Shown here: positions 24,366 to 37,473 of the stretch, piece after piece
Numbering within the stretch: the stretch's first letter is position 1
Layout of the letters: each line of letters begins with the position of its first letter
From: Okamejei kenojei
Taxonomy: Eukaryota
Direction of reading: 5' to 3'
NCBI GenBank assembly: GCA_035221665.1
Contig: CM069154.1
Location: forward strand, 5,642,001 to 5,706,000
DNA length: 64,000 nucleotides
The notes under the pieces: model-generated
Told to the model about the DNA's origin: nothing
Databases searched by the model: none
The model's input: only the letters and a program-made list of their open reading frames with translations
Position numbers and translations under genes: made by a program

Positions 24366-26534
24366 GAATAGCTGCTTAGTAGGGTATTCCCATTTACAGT
24401 GATCATGGGGGATGAGGGGTCATGGTTAGGATAAGGCAATATAACAGAATGATGACAAAAAAACCATTCAAAGAAAACTATTCACAGTTTAAAATCCACT
24501 GTTAAGTCTCAAACTATATTTGAGAAATTGGGCTCCTCTATCCAGTTAGATTACGTCTATCAAATAGACTTGTAGGATGTTGGGATTCACTTTTAGGTAT
24601 TCAATTGGCCAAGACATTGGCCTGGGCAACAGATGGCAGTCAATAGACTCTGGTAACAGTTTTGTTGTTATAAATCAGCTTTTCTAGTCATTAGATTAAT
24701 TGTTAATAGTATAGATGTGATTCAGCTGTGCACGTAAGACAATTTATTTTGTTAAATGGTTAACTATTAAGGGCCATATAGGTCATTGTTAACACACCTT
24801 GTTTCACCTACTGAAAAAATAAAATCACAATGATGGACAAACAGTATTCATTACTGCTCCAGTTGTTAAGTAAATCTTTAATTATATTGCAAAATGGTGC
24901 TAATGGCCCTAAATGGGAAATTGTGTCAGCAGCGCTTTTTAGCAGGCCTGCTTAAGGTCTCCCTCATGTAGGAGGAGAGCATGCTGCATCAATATTAGTC
25001 GGACGCTGGGGCCATGGCAAAGTCGGCGTATTGCTGAAGCTGCGCCAGCAGCACCTTGTAACAGGGCTGCTTAATGGCTCCCTCATGTAAGAGGAGAGCA
25101 TGTGGGATCGGTATAGTCTAACACGGAGTCTGAGGGTATAGCCATAGAGCATGCCCAAGGAATACAGGGCATGTGCCAGAGGTCTATGCCTGGCAAGAAA
25201 GTTACCATCCCAAACACATATGCAGTGAATACCGCTCTCAGGGGGACATTACAGTTGGCCGCCGAATCTTCTATTCAGGTAAGACCTTTCCATAGGCGAA
25301 ACCTGGAGGACAAAGCACAAGCTATTGGAACGAGCAAGGTTTCATAGTTTTGGTGACAATGCATCCCACATCTTTATTGGCAGTAAGCGGTTCACTGAAG
25401 TTGGTGGCAGCATGAAAGCTGGCCAGAGGTTCCACGCACTGTAACTGTGCTACTCTACAATTAAGAGACCACTTACAGCTTGGTAAGGTGTACACTTAGT
25501 TATACATTACAAATGATTGAGACATTATCAGCTATCTTGAGGGGTCTAACCATGTAAAATGGACTGTACTAGCTTTTCAAGCAGGTTAGAATTGGACAGG
25601 TTCAGTAGAAGAACAAGATTGTCTTGCAAGACTGGTTTGGAAATCGAGCCACAGTTGCTATTTACGGTAGATACCAAGTTGCAAATATCATCTCGAGTTT
25701 GGAGGTGGAGCAGACTTGCATGACTTGCAAAAATTTCTGTTATGGATATCAACTATCTATAGACCCTACGGGCATTGTATGGGTTAAAAAATGATTGGAC
25801 AAATGTGCATATTGTAATGCTCAGGTTCAGGTTGATACATTATGATTATGGCATATGTTAGTCACGAGGGTGCAATCAGTTAAAGATTCCTGGAATGGTT
25901 ACATAATCTTGTTCTCACAGGAGAATCATCAAATATAGGTTAATGGCAACACCGAATTGGTGTTGAATCACACTGTATTATGAAATTCTGGTTAAATGGA
26001 CTTCGAAGTAAAATAGTAAGATTAAATGAGAACTTACCAGTTTGAAGTTTGATCTTATATTCACACTTTTTATACATTTTATTAAAGGGTATTTTTATAC
26101 ATTTTGGTTACACCATGTAGAAATTACAGCTGTGTTTATACATAGTCCCCTCATTTCAGGGCACCATAATGTTTGGGACACATGGCTTCACAGGTGTTTG
26201 TAATTGCTCAGGTGTGCTTAATTGCCTCTTTAATGCAGGCATAAGAAAGCTCTCAGCACCTAATCTTTCCTCCAGTCTTTTCATCATCTTTGGAAATTTT
26301 TATTGCTGTTTATCAACATGAGGACCAAAGTTGTGCCAATGAATATCAAAGAAGCCATTATGAGACTGAGAAACAAGAATAAAACTGTTATCAACATCAG
26401 CCAAACATTGAGCTTACCAAAATCAACTTTTTGGAACATCATTAAGAAGAACGAGAGCACTGGTGAGCTTACTAATCGCAAAGGGACTGGCAGGCCAAGG
26501 AAGACCTCCACAGCTGATGACAGAATAATTGTCT

Positions 26535-29500
26535 TTTTTTTTTTTTTTTTTTTTTTAATTTTATAATACAACTAAGGAGATAGGTCCGTAGGTACAGAAA
26601 TCAAAACTATTCGTCGAGTCCTGGGTTCAAGTTTCTGTCGAGACTCAGCGCTGGCCCATTCTACCCCTTCAAATAATCTATGAACGGGGACCATATTCGA
26701 ATAAATAATTCAGGTTTGTCGATTAAGACAAATCTAATTTTTTTCCAGATTTAAGGTCTCTGACATCTCCACATTTTAATTGTAGGGGATGCAGGGTTTT
26801 TCCAAAATTTTAATATTAGTTTTTTTCCCAGTTATTATACTATAATCCAGGAAATTTCTTTGGTTTATTGTCAGTTTTAGGTATTGTTCAGATATGCCCA
26901 ATATTATTAATTTAGGATCGGGATCCAGTTGAATATTAACCACTATGGAAATAATTTTAAAAATATCCACCCAAAATGTTTTAATTTTTATGCAATTTAC
27001 AAAGGTATGGGTTAAATTAGCCTCAGAGTATTGACATTTATCGCAGATAGGAGAGATATTAGGAAAAATTCTGTTTAATTTTGTTTTAGAATAATACAAT
27101 CTGTGTAATATTTTAAATTGTATTAAAGAATGTCTGGCGTTTAACAAACATTGATGTATATGTTGTAGGCTTTCATCCCAAATATCTTTCCTTATGGGTT
27201 GAACTAATTCATTTTCCCATGCTTGTCCATGTGATTCCGTCGACTGATTCTCACTATCTAACAGAATATTGTAAAAATATGATATTAATTTGACTGTGTT
27301 GGGATGTTTATTCAAACATTCATCTAGAATCTCTGGCTCTCTAATTCTGTATTCTTGTGTATGTGATTTAACATAATCTTTCAATTGTAAATATCTAAAA
27401 AAATTATTTGAATGTAATCCATAATTCTGTTGTACCTCCAGAAACGAGAGGAACATACCATTTCTATAAAGATGTCCCATCTTTTTAATTCCATAATTTT
27501 TCCATTGTGTAAAGCCTTTATCCAATACCGAAGGCTTAAATGAAGGGTTATTTGCAATAGGGAGCGAAAGTGATAAATTATCCAATTTTAATGTTCTTTT
27601 TATTTGTTTCCAAATTCGAATACCGCTATGTATTATTGGATTTTCACTATAAATCTTTTTGTTCAATTTTGTAGGGGATAGGAGAATCGCACCAATTTCA
27701 AATGGCAGACAGTCCTCCTTTTCCATCTTGATCCGAAATTATAATATTATGATATTTCGAATTATAAGTAAATGGGATGAGTTTAGAATCTACTAAAAAG
27801 TAGTCTATCCTTGAATAAGTTTTATGTACTGAAGAATAAAATGAGTATTCCCTTCCAGATGGGGTTTCAATTCTCCAAACATCCTTGATATTGGTGGTAT
27901 TAATATATGAGCTTAATAATTCACTTGATTTGGATTTTGCTTTTCTTTGTCTTGTTGATCTATCGAGATAGGAATCTAATGTACAATTTAAATCTCCACC
28001 AATTATCAAATTATGTTGTGTGAGCTCCGGAATGGTATTAAGTATATTGTTAAAAAAACATTGGATTATCAAAATTTGGTCCATAAACATTAAGAAAAAT
28101 CACTTTTTTTTTAATATAATTCACCCACCAGTATAATATATCTACCATTGATGTCCGCTATAGTTGATATATGTTTTAAAAGAGATACCTTTACGAATTA
28201 AAATTGCGACACCTCTGGCCTTATGGGAAAATGAAGAGTGATATGTTTTCGGCGATCCATTTTGCTTTCAATCTATACTGTGCGTCTTTTTTTAAGGTGC
28301 GTCTCTTGAAGGAACGTATGTCTGCTTTGAGTGATTTTAAGTGTGCTAATACCTTACCTCTCTTGATTGGTTCATTAACTCCCTTGACATTCCAACGACA
28401 AAACATAATTCCTTGACCCCCGTTTTTTCTATTTACATCTTGCATCTTGCTGTTAGGGTGTCTATAAAAGAGCAGATAGGTCAGCACCGTAGACCCGACC
28501 TTCCACCCGAACCCTGGACTGGACGAGTTGTAATTCTAATTCATATAATTCCTCCTTACGGACACATCTCCACAAATAATATTTGTAAATAAATTCAAGA
28601 TTAATGTAATTAGGAAAAAAATACAAAAAGTAAAAAAAATAGAAAATTAATAAAATGTGAAAAGAAAGAAGTAACTACATCTAGATTTAATGTAGTAAGT
28701 GCTAGCCACACTAACGTGGCTGTCCATCAAAAGACTTCTGTAGATTAAACAAAAATATATAATTATTCCTAGCTCCATGCTTACAAGAAAAATTTGAATA
28801 TGAGTAATATACGGGATTATATTAAAACTATTTTGGACCTGAGTGTTGGTAATCATATAGTGAGAGACTATTACTCTCTTTGTTAGTTATTAGTCAAGTC
28901 TAATGTAGATAAAGGGAGAACATCACAAATTCCAATTAATAAAATATCTAAATTATAACTTCTTATTTGTTAGTTTTTTATATTTAACATATCATGTATT
29001 TAACTAGTTATTCCAATAATAATAACAAGTATTTTTGATGATTAGTAATTGTTAGTAAGAAATTAGTACTAAATATTTAAAAAATAATATGTCCCTAATT
29101 GGGGGGACAACCCGATTGTCGTTATCAGCTTTCAATAGTCCTTGAATATAACGAATTAAAGTTCCATTTGTTCTCAGCAAGATGACGGTATTATATGTAA
29201 ATTATTCAATCCTCTCTCGAACCCACAATCTTCTGGGCATACGCCAGTGCTTTCTTGTGATCAGTGAAAAAGTGTTCCTTCTTCAGATAAGTGACTCGCA
29301 GTCTTGCGGGGTACAACAATCCATATTTCAAATTGTCTATCTTCTTTAAAATCCCTCTTGTCTCATTGAATAACGCTCTCCTTCTGACCACTTCTGCAGG
29401 GTAGTCTTGAAATATGCTTATTTTGTCTCCATCAAACATAAGATTTCTTGTGCCAGCAATTTTTTTTCATGATATCCTCCAACACGTGATCGTATTGGAC

Positions 29501-30443
29501 CTTCACTATCAGCTGCCTGGGGGGGGGGGGGGGCGTTCGGGTCCGAGCGACGTCCAAGAACTCTGTGTGCCCGCCCTAATAAGGGCTTTTGGTCTAAATT
29601 CAAGACTGTTTCTAATAAGTCTGCAGCAAAGTCCCGGAGATCTTCATTTCCTTCTTTACCCTCTTGAACGCCCACAATCCTCAAGTTCTGTCTTCTCTGA
29701 CGGCCCTCCAAGTCAATACATTTTTCAGTTACTTTAAGCAGTAAATCTGATAAACGCTTGTTCTCGGCAAGGAGTGTGTCTGTTGTTACTTCCAGCTGAG
29801 TTATGGCGTCAGCCTGTTTCTCCATTTGTTGCTGCATTGTAGTGAAGGTCACTTCCAGATTATCTTTAGTGTTGGTTTCATTCGTCTTGATTTTCTCATA
29901 TACTTCCTTAATTTGTAAGTCGAAATTTGCTGACATTTCCTCCTTCATATTAGTCAGTTTCGTACGCACCAGATTAGTCATTTTATTTTCAAACTCTAAG
30001 AAATCTTCTTTAAACTCTGTTTTAAGACTTTTCAAAAGTTCTTTAATATTCAATTCGTTTTTAAAACTTATCAATTCTTCTTTCATACTTGCAATTTCCA
30101 TTGTATTGCTGTTGCGAAGTTCATGCATTTCTCTTGTCTTTATATATATCTTCTGGGTCACTGAAACGTCCTCCTGGGAGGATGTTAAAACTGAGCCCGA
30201 GGCTTCAGACCGGCCTACTTCCTCCTTCGGTTGTTTTCCTCTTGTTGCTTTTCTAGTCGGTTCCTTTGTGGGGGAGTGTTTTACCGACATTGGGAATCCA
30301 GTCGTGGTCTGATGACGTCACATAGACTGCCGGAGCGATTTCTGCAGGTCAGTTCTATATTTAGATCCCGTTTTTTTTCGGTTTTTCCGCGTGGAGCTAG
30401 CTGGCACTCACCCTACTCCACCATTAGCGCCACCGGAAGTCCC
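26535..30443 (-). mobile_element. L1-clade LINE #2 with complete 5' end and ORF1 but RT domain internally deleted
   Basis: 5' GGGACTTCCGGTGGCG. ORF1 DLEGRQRRQNLRIVGV..ISIFQDYPAE. EN WNVKG..GGDLN..SRIDYFL..ISD is joined directly to post-RT MEKEDCL at ~27727. Poly(T) at 26534-26556. 14-bp TSD cagaataattgtct at 26521-26534 and 30444-30457. Confidence 0.93.
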
Positions 30444-31229
30444 CAGAATAATTGTCTCTCTAATAAAGAAAAAAACCCAAATACCTGTCCGACAGGTCAG
30501 AAACACTCTTCAGGAGTCAGGTGTGGATTTGTCAATGAACACTGTCTGCAGAAGACTTCATGAACAGAAATACAGAGGCTACATTGCAAGATGCAAACCA
30601 CTGGTTAGCCACAAAAATAGGATGGCCAGGTTACAGTTTGCCACAAAGTACTTAACAGAGCAACCACAGTCCTGGAAAAGGATCTTGTGGACAGATGAGA
30701 ACAAAGATGAACTTATATCAGATTAATGGCAATTGCAAAATATGGAGAAGAGGAGGAACTGCCCAAGATCCAAAGCATACCACCTCATCTGTGAAACACG
30801 GTGGTGGGGGTGTTATGGCCTGGGCATGTATGGCTGCTGAAGGTACTGGCTCGCTTATCTTCATTGACGATACAACTGCTAATGGTGGTAGCATAATGAA
30901 TTCTGATGTGTATTGACACATCCTATCTGCTCAAGTTCAAACAAATGCCTCAAAACCCATAGGCCGGCAGTTCATTCTACAGCAAGACAATGATTCCAAA
31001 CATATTGCAAAAGCAACAAAGACATTTTTCAAAGCTAAAAAATGGTCAATTCTTGAGTGGCCAAGTCATTCTGGATCCAATTGAGCATGCCGTTTATATG
31101 GTGAAGAGAAAAGGGGACTAGCCCCCAAAACAAGCATAAGCTAAAGATGGCTGCAATACAGGCGTGGCAGAGCATCACCAGAGAAGACACCCAGCAACTG
31201 GTGATGTCCATTAATCACAGACGTCAAAG

Positions 31230-31975
31230 AAAAGTAAAAAGTAAAGTATTCTTTATTGTCATTCAGACCTTTTGGTCTGAACAAAATTTCGTTGCCTTTC
31301 AGTCATACATTTAATAAAATAACAAAACACACAATAAACACAAATTTAACATCCAGCACAGAGTTTACCAGGCACCTCCTCACTGTGATGGAAGGCAAAA
31401 GCCTCAAGTCCTTGTCTCTTCCCTCCTTGTTCTCCCTCTGAGCTGAGGCAATCCAGGCTTCCGATGTTGTGACCCCATCGGGTCACCTGCCGGGACACCT
31501 CCTGAGCCCCGACTCGGGCCGTCGCCGCCGGGACGCCTCCTCAGCCCCTAGTCGGGCCATCGCTGCCGGGACACCTCCTCAGCCCCGAGTCGGGCCGCCT
31601 TCGCCGCCGGGACACTTCAGCACTGAGTCGGGATGTCGCCGCCGAACACCGCCTCAGCCCAAAAGTCAGGACGGCCAGCCTTGCGCTGGTAAGTCCTGGC
31701 TGGCTCTGCCTCCGGAGGGTCGAGGCCGGTCGCAGTTGGATGCCGCCAGCTCCGTTATTAGGCCTCAGTGCAGATGGAGACAGGGGATACGACAAGAAAA
31801 GTCGCATCCCTCCCGAAGGAAGAGACAAAAACAAGTTTCTCCCACCCCCACACACATACACAACCTAATAACTCAAATTAACTAGCTAAAACAGGACAAG
31901 ACAACAACAAAAAAAAGAAAGAACAGACGGACTGCAGGCGAGCTGCAGCTGCTAAGTCAGCGCCGCCATTTCCTG
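31230..31975 (-). mobile_element. Non-autonomous LINE-derived or SINE-like element inserted in Tc1 #2, with internal GC-rich ~37-bp repeats (partial second copy 60652-61087)
   Basis: Minus strand begins caggaaatggcggcg and ends aataaa..(tacttt)n. It interrupts Tc1 at cagacgtcaaag|cagtcattgcatg (compare 42578-42600). gccgggacac..cagccccgagtcgggcc repeats at 31485-31660. Confidence 0.65.
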
Positions 31976-32274
31976 AAAGCAGTCATTGCATGTAAAGGAT
32001 ATGCAACAAGATACTAAACATGACTACTTTCATTTACATGACATTGCTGTGTCCCATTATGGTGCCCTGAAATAGGGGGACTATGTAGAAACACTGCTGT
32101 AATTTCACCATGGTGAAACCAAAATGTGTAAAAATGGCCTTTATTAATATTTGACAATGTGCACTTTAACCACATGTGGTTATTTTTCTATTACAAATGT
32201 CAAATTGTGGAGTACAGAGGCAAATAAATAAATGATGGGTCTCTGTCCCAAACATTATGGAGGGGGCTGTAGGC

Positions 32275-32550
32275 CCTTACAAGCCAACCAAGTCCGCGCC
32301 GACCAATGATCACCCCGTACACTCGCACTATCATACACACAAGGGACAATTTATGATTATACAGAGGCCAATTAACCTACAAAATTACAAGTCTTTGGAT
32401 TGTGGTAAGAAACCGGAGCACGTGGAGAAAATCCACGCTATCTCAGGCAGAACATACAAACTCCGTACAGACAGCACCCGTAGTCATGATCAAACCCGGG
32501 TCTCTGGCGCTGTAAGGCAACAACTCTACCGCTGTGCCACTGTGCCGCCC
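32275..32550 (-). mobile_element. tRNA-derived SINE (HE1-like); paralog 61390-61660, related copy 36330-36625
   Basis: Head ggcggcacagtggcacagcggtagagttgttgccttacagcgccagagacccgggtttgatc contains A/B-box-like motifs. Confidence 0.75.
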
Positions 32551-32619
32551 TGGGGCATTTCCTCAGGTAAAATTTGATGGTGGAGATTATAAACTGCATT
32601 TTAATTGTTATTCAAGGAA

Positions 32620-32980
32620 AAAAACAGCCGAGAACTTGGAGATGGGATCGGCAGTGGTGGAGGGAGGAGAGGATCAGCGTCGGTGAGCTGGCTGGGTGTG
32701 GCCTCACCTCGCATAGAGACAGCCATGGGAGGCGAGGGGAAAAGGGTGGGTCGAGGTGTGGGCGGAGTGCGAGTGGGCTGCTGGAGGCCCTGCAGCAACC
32801 GGTGGATCAGGTGCCGCTGGAGGTACCACAGAGATCGGGGACAAGCGAGCGGATCGGACATGGCCTGCAGCGGCACGGTGCGGCGATGGAGGCACCGACA
32901 ACATCGCCAGGCCAGGCCGACACCTGCAACTCCCACCCAGTGCCGTCTCCATGACAACGGGCCTTTAAGCCCAAAATAAG
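32620..32980. other. Unexplained GC/CpG-rich module of the duplicated unit (paralogs 43160-43510 and 61735-62105)
   Basis: High GC and CpG content in an AT-rich context. Ends gtctccatgacaac, an RFX X-box-like motif. No conserved ORF between copies. Confidence 0.5.
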
Positions 32981-34364
32981 ACTCTACTTTTTTACCAATT
33001 TGATGTTTGAAAGAATATAAGATACCGCCAGAAATGTGGAAACTCTTGTGTACTATATCATATAATCTGCTATTAATACACTCTTGTCCTTAGCTTCAGC
33101 TGTGCTTATATAAAGTAAGATTTTTACTGAATTCTATGCATGAGACAATAAAGTATCATTGAACCATTGAGCAATGGGGATATAAAAACAGTTAAATGAT
33201 TACAAATATTGAACTGTGGACACGCGTTAGAAGAATAAGATAAAAATTGAGGGTAAACGTTATATTAATATTGTTATTCTGATGGAATGACGCCCAATAA
33301 TCATCGTTTAGCTTTTCAGGGCCAGAGAGGGTGTTCACCAGTTGGAGATGTACAAATCTCATCACCTTGACCCTACAGTATCACCACACCCCATCTATGT
33401 CCAATCTTGAGGAGGAATTTCTTTAGCCAGAAGGTGATGAATCTGTGGAATTCATTGCCACAGACAGCTGTGGAGGCCATGTCAATGGATAATTTTAAAG
33501 TGGAGATTGACAGGTTTTCTCAGGGAGTCTAAGGTTGTGGGGAGAAGGCAGGAGAATAGGATGGAGTGGGAAAGATAGATCATCCATGATTGAATGGCAG
33601 AGTAGACTTGATGGAGCAAATGACCAAATTCTGCACCTATGTTTGCAGACACGTCTGCACATCCTGACATTCACCCAAAAGACAGCAGTACATAGACCAG
33701 AACTCAAAGCTGGCTCTCCAGAATGTGAACTTTTAACTTTACTATCAATTGAATTGCTGTGTAAAACCCTGCACATTGAATAATGATTAATATAATCGAA
33801 CATAAATAAAGATGGCTGCATTTTTGTCATAAGGCCATAAGTGACGAGAGTAGAATTAGGCCATTCAGCCCATCAAGTCTACTCCCCCATTCATTCATAG
33901 CTGACCTATGTCTTCCTCCCAACCCCATTCTCCTGCATTCTCCCCATAACCTCTGACACATATACTAATTAAGAATTTATCTGGTGATGTGATTGGACGT
34001 ACCTGATCACGTTTGGCATTGTCTTATCTCTTCTGGGTAATGTTTCAACACATGAGAAGCTGAGGAAGGCTGGACAAATTAGCGACACACATTTTGAGGT
34101 GGGTAAACTGATTACGTTTACACGTTCCATGAGTAGAATATGGTCATTCTGCCCAACAAGTTTATTCCGCCATTCATACATGGCTGATCTCTGCTTCCTA
34201 ATCCCATACTATTTCAGACACAGTGTGCCGCATTTGGGGGAGGGGTTTGAGGGAGTGGGCAAGGGAATGTTTGCGTTGGTGGACTGTGCGCTAGTCAAGC
34301 GGGCAAATGTCACCAAGGCACTCCTGATAGGTGCATTGTCCGTGGTGAGGAGGCTGGGGGAGTT

Positions 34365-34465
34365 GGCAAGTGAGTCACCAAGTTAGTCTCGTACCACTGC
34401 AAAGTCGTTTCCTGAGCAAACGGAAATTGACTATTTGACTTAGGTTGTGAATGAGGAAGAGGACA
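34365..34465 (+). promoter_or_regulatory. Candidate myeloid enhancer (AP-1 TGAGTCA 34371, ETS CGGAAA 34421, PU.1-like GAGGAAG 34453); present in all five units
   Basis: Motif matches only, in non-TE sequence upstream of the V exon. Sharing among recent duplicates is not evidence of constraint. Confidence 0.3.
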
Positions 34466-35741
34466 ACTCAAACGCAGTGCAGGAACCAAACCGATCCAAC
34501 GCAGCCAAGACATGGCGGTGGGACAGGGAGAATTCACCCACCAGAAACAGCCCAGATCCAGGGGAACAGTCGCTCTGCTGGTTCTTGTCGTTGTTCTCAC
34601 ACCAGGTAAATCGTTGTTTTACAAAATGCTCTGTTCATTAGAATTAGCTACCAGCAGATGATAAATTGCTCAACACTCGTTAGTTCCTGTAGAGACTTCC
34701 ATCAGCGGTTGTTGTCGTGTTGTGTGCAGCCAAATTGCACACAGCTCGCTCCCTGTGGAGAAGGGAGATAACTACCTACAGCTTGCCTTGCCTTGTGGAC
34801 CTCACTGTAACTTACCAAACATAACAAATAGTGAAAGCCTGTATAGTGTGGATGGGGTGAGGATGTTTCCACTAGTGGGAGAGTCTAGGACCAGAGGTCG
34901 CAGCCTGAGAATTCAAGGGCATTCCTTTAGGAAGGAGATGCAGAGGAATTTCTTTAAAAGGTGGTGAAACTGTGGAATTCACTGCCACAGAATGCTGTGG
35001 AGGCCGTCGATAAATATTTCTAAGGCAGAGATGGATAAATTTACGGGTGTTAGGAGTCTTGGGGAATAGGCAGGAGGATTTAGTTGAGAGGGAAAGGTAG
35101 ATCAGCCATGATTGAATGGAGGAGAGTAGACTTGATGTGCCAAATGGCCTAATTCTGCTCCTAGTACTAATTAACTTATGATCTGTTCAGAATTATTTAC
35201 TAACACCTTGAATTATTTTGAGCACAGAGCAGACTACTGGGCTACAAGCTGGTAAAGATAAAGTGCTTGCAGACTTGTTCTTTCCTGCACAAACGACTGT
35301 TGTGATGCTGTGCGCAGCCAAATTGCACACAGCTAACTCCCTGTAGAAAATGACCCGACAGCTGGCCTTGTTGATTATGGGTGTAGGGGTAACTCTTGCC
35401 CCCCAGACCAGAGAGTTTGTTCCACTATTCTGGTGCAAACTATCTCCAGGTGAACTTTCTCAGTAACTTGACAGCAGACCAGCTAAATGCTTTACCCCTT
35501 GCATATCTCTTTACTTCCACCCTCGCTGACTGTTGGTCTGAAGACGGGTCTCAACTCGAAACCTCACTCTTTTCTTCGCTCCAGAGATGCCACCTGACCC
35601 GCTGCGTTACTCCAATATTTAGTGTCCATCAAAGACACACGGCACTCCCTCGACGCACTGCAATGGGAAATGTTGAACCTAAACCTTAGCACATTCAAAG
35701 AAAAAACCTGTGAAAGCCAGCCATTGGGAACAAGCGGGCAT

Positions 35742-35820
35742 CTCAAATGAGGAAGCAGCAGAGTGACTGTCCAATTTAGCATTTGGAGAAGTTGTGGTAA
35801 ACTCTCCCTTCTGAGAAAAA
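35742..35820 (+). promoter_or_regulatory. Candidate regulatory cluster (PU.1-like AATGAGGAAG 35746, RUNX TGTGGT 35793, STAT TTCTGAGAA 35809)
   Basis: Motif matches only; also present in copies 1, 2 and 4. Confidence 0.3.
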
Positions 35821-36939
35821 CCAGCTGGACTGATCTGATGTGTCTCCACCCCAGCTCCTGAATCTGCAGAGTTTCACATGTGTTCGAGTCATAGAGTGAT
35901 ACAGTGTAGAAAAAGGCCCTTCGGCCCAACTTGCCCACACCGGCCAACATGTCTCAGCAACACTAGTCCCACCTGTCCACGTTTGGTCCATGTCCCTTCT
36001 AACCTGTCCTATCCATGTACCCGTCTTAACTGTTTCTTAAATGATGGGATAGTCCCTGCCTCAACTAGCTCCTCTGGCAGTTTGTTCCATACACCCACCA
36101 CCCTTTGTGTGAAAAAGACACCTCATGATTATTCCAGGTGGACGTGGTGTTTGAAACATCAGTGGGAGATCCAGCTTCCTCCAAAGCCCGGGAAGTTTAG
36201 TTCAATGTGGCACAAAGTGCTGGCGTAACTCAGTAGGTCAGGCAGTATCTCATGGTCTTGACTTTAAACGTCACCTATCCATGTTCTCCACAGATGCTGC
36301 CTGACCTGCTGAGTCACCACAGGCAACAGACATTAGAGATCCAGCACGGAAACAGGCACTTTGGCCCATCAAGACCATGCCGTCCAGCGATCACCCGGCA
36401 CACTAACCCTATCCTACTCACGAGGAACAATTTACAATTTTAACGAAAGCCAATTAACCTACAAACCTGCACATCTTTAGAGTGTGGGAGGAAACTGGAG
36501 CACCCAGAGAAAGTCCATGCTGTCATGGGGAGAATGTACAAACTCCGTACAGACAGCACCCGAGGTCAGGATCAAACATGGGTCTCTGACGCTGTAAGGC
36601 AGTAACTCTACCCCTGTGCCACCATGTCCCTACCAGTAACATGTTCTCCAGCGATGTTGCCTGACCCGCTGACCCATCACAGGCAGCTGGCTATTCAGCT
36701 TTAGTAAAGCACAAAGTGCTGGAGTAAATCAGCAGGACAGACAGCATCTCTGGAGAACATGGATAGGTGACATTTAGGGTTGAGACCTGAATGAGGGGTA
36801 GGCCATTTAGGAAAACCTTTTCACCCAGAGAGTTCCACTTTCTCCAGAGATAGTTCCTGACCCCATTGAGTTACTCCAGCACTTTGTGTCCTTTTGTGTA
36901 TTAATCTGCATCTGCAGTTCCTTGTTTCTACTAGTTCAA

Positions 36940-37045
36940 TGGGGAAGTGGGTTGTAGTGAGATTGAACACAGGATGGGTCAGAGTGAGAGACAGGTTGGC
37001 TTCCTGTCACATGACCACCACTCAGGTCAAGCCACGCCCACAGGG
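36940..37045 (+). promoter_or_regulatory. Candidate proximal promoter (PU.1 GGGGAAGTG, ETS CTTCCTG, M-box/CLEAR-like GTCACATGAC, Sp/KLF CCACGCCC)
   Basis: Dense motif cluster ~450 bp upstream of the V exon. Paralogs at ~9540-9640 (-) and ~58700-58790. Confidence 0.35.
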
Positions 37046-37473
37046 AAGGAGGATCTGGGCGCCAGGTAGATTCAGGAGCAGTTCTGCTTTCACTGGAACT
37101 TGGGGAACAATACCGGTGAAATGGGAATTAACACCAGCGGGAAAAGCATTAAAGTGCAACAGGATCAATGCAAAAGAAGAGAGACACAAAATGCTGGAGT
37201 AACTCAGCGCGACGGGCAGCATCTCTGGAGAGAAGGAATGGGTGAGGAAACAACACCCATCAGTTTCTCCAGAGATGCTGCCCATCCCGCTGAGTTACTC
37301 CAGCTCTTTGTGTCTATCTTTGGTGTAAACCAGCACCTGCAGTTCCTTGCTACACATGATCTATGCGAAACCATGAACCTGTCTGAACAGCACAAATGAC
37401 ATGTTTTTTATTGTTAAACCTCAGCTTGTGTTGCTGCAGTGTGAGTGATCTTTCATCATTAATGTGCCAACAG

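Larger units (their letters stand above)
23124..26058 (+). mobile_element. DIRS1-type element #2, non-autonomous or decayed, right end deleted
   Basis: Left terminus TTTTACTTCGGATTCACATGAGTGACTACGTGAAGAACCCCGTACAGCC. ICR gaagtaaaatagtaagattaaatgagaacttaccagtttgaagtttgatct at ~26005-26056. Only faint RT/MT/YR-like remnants inside. The empty site is visible in the paralog at 40671-40695 (gatacaATTTTggtg). Confidence 0.82.
26077..32269 (+). mobile_element. Tc1-like transposon #2 (outer left ITR deleted), interrupted by L1 #2 and a non-autonomous element
   Basis: Transposase pieces RKGTGRPRKT, ILWTDENK, VKHGGGGVMAWAC and QDNDSKH. Right ITR ends ...cattatggagggggctg at 32269 followed by TA. Confidence 0.9.

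Noticed and set aside
32275-32550. tRNA genes at SINE heads
   Set aside because: The tRNA-like heads run into SINE bodies and do not form a full cloverleaf.
37396-37473. Signal-peptide exon immediately upstream of V (MTCFLLLNLSLCCCS or MFFIVKPQLVLLQ before gtgagt)
   Set aside because: It would need a 33-nt intron, too short for a vertebrate. Read-through hits TGA, and the in-frame ATG is missing in copy 4. The leader exon remains unidentified.
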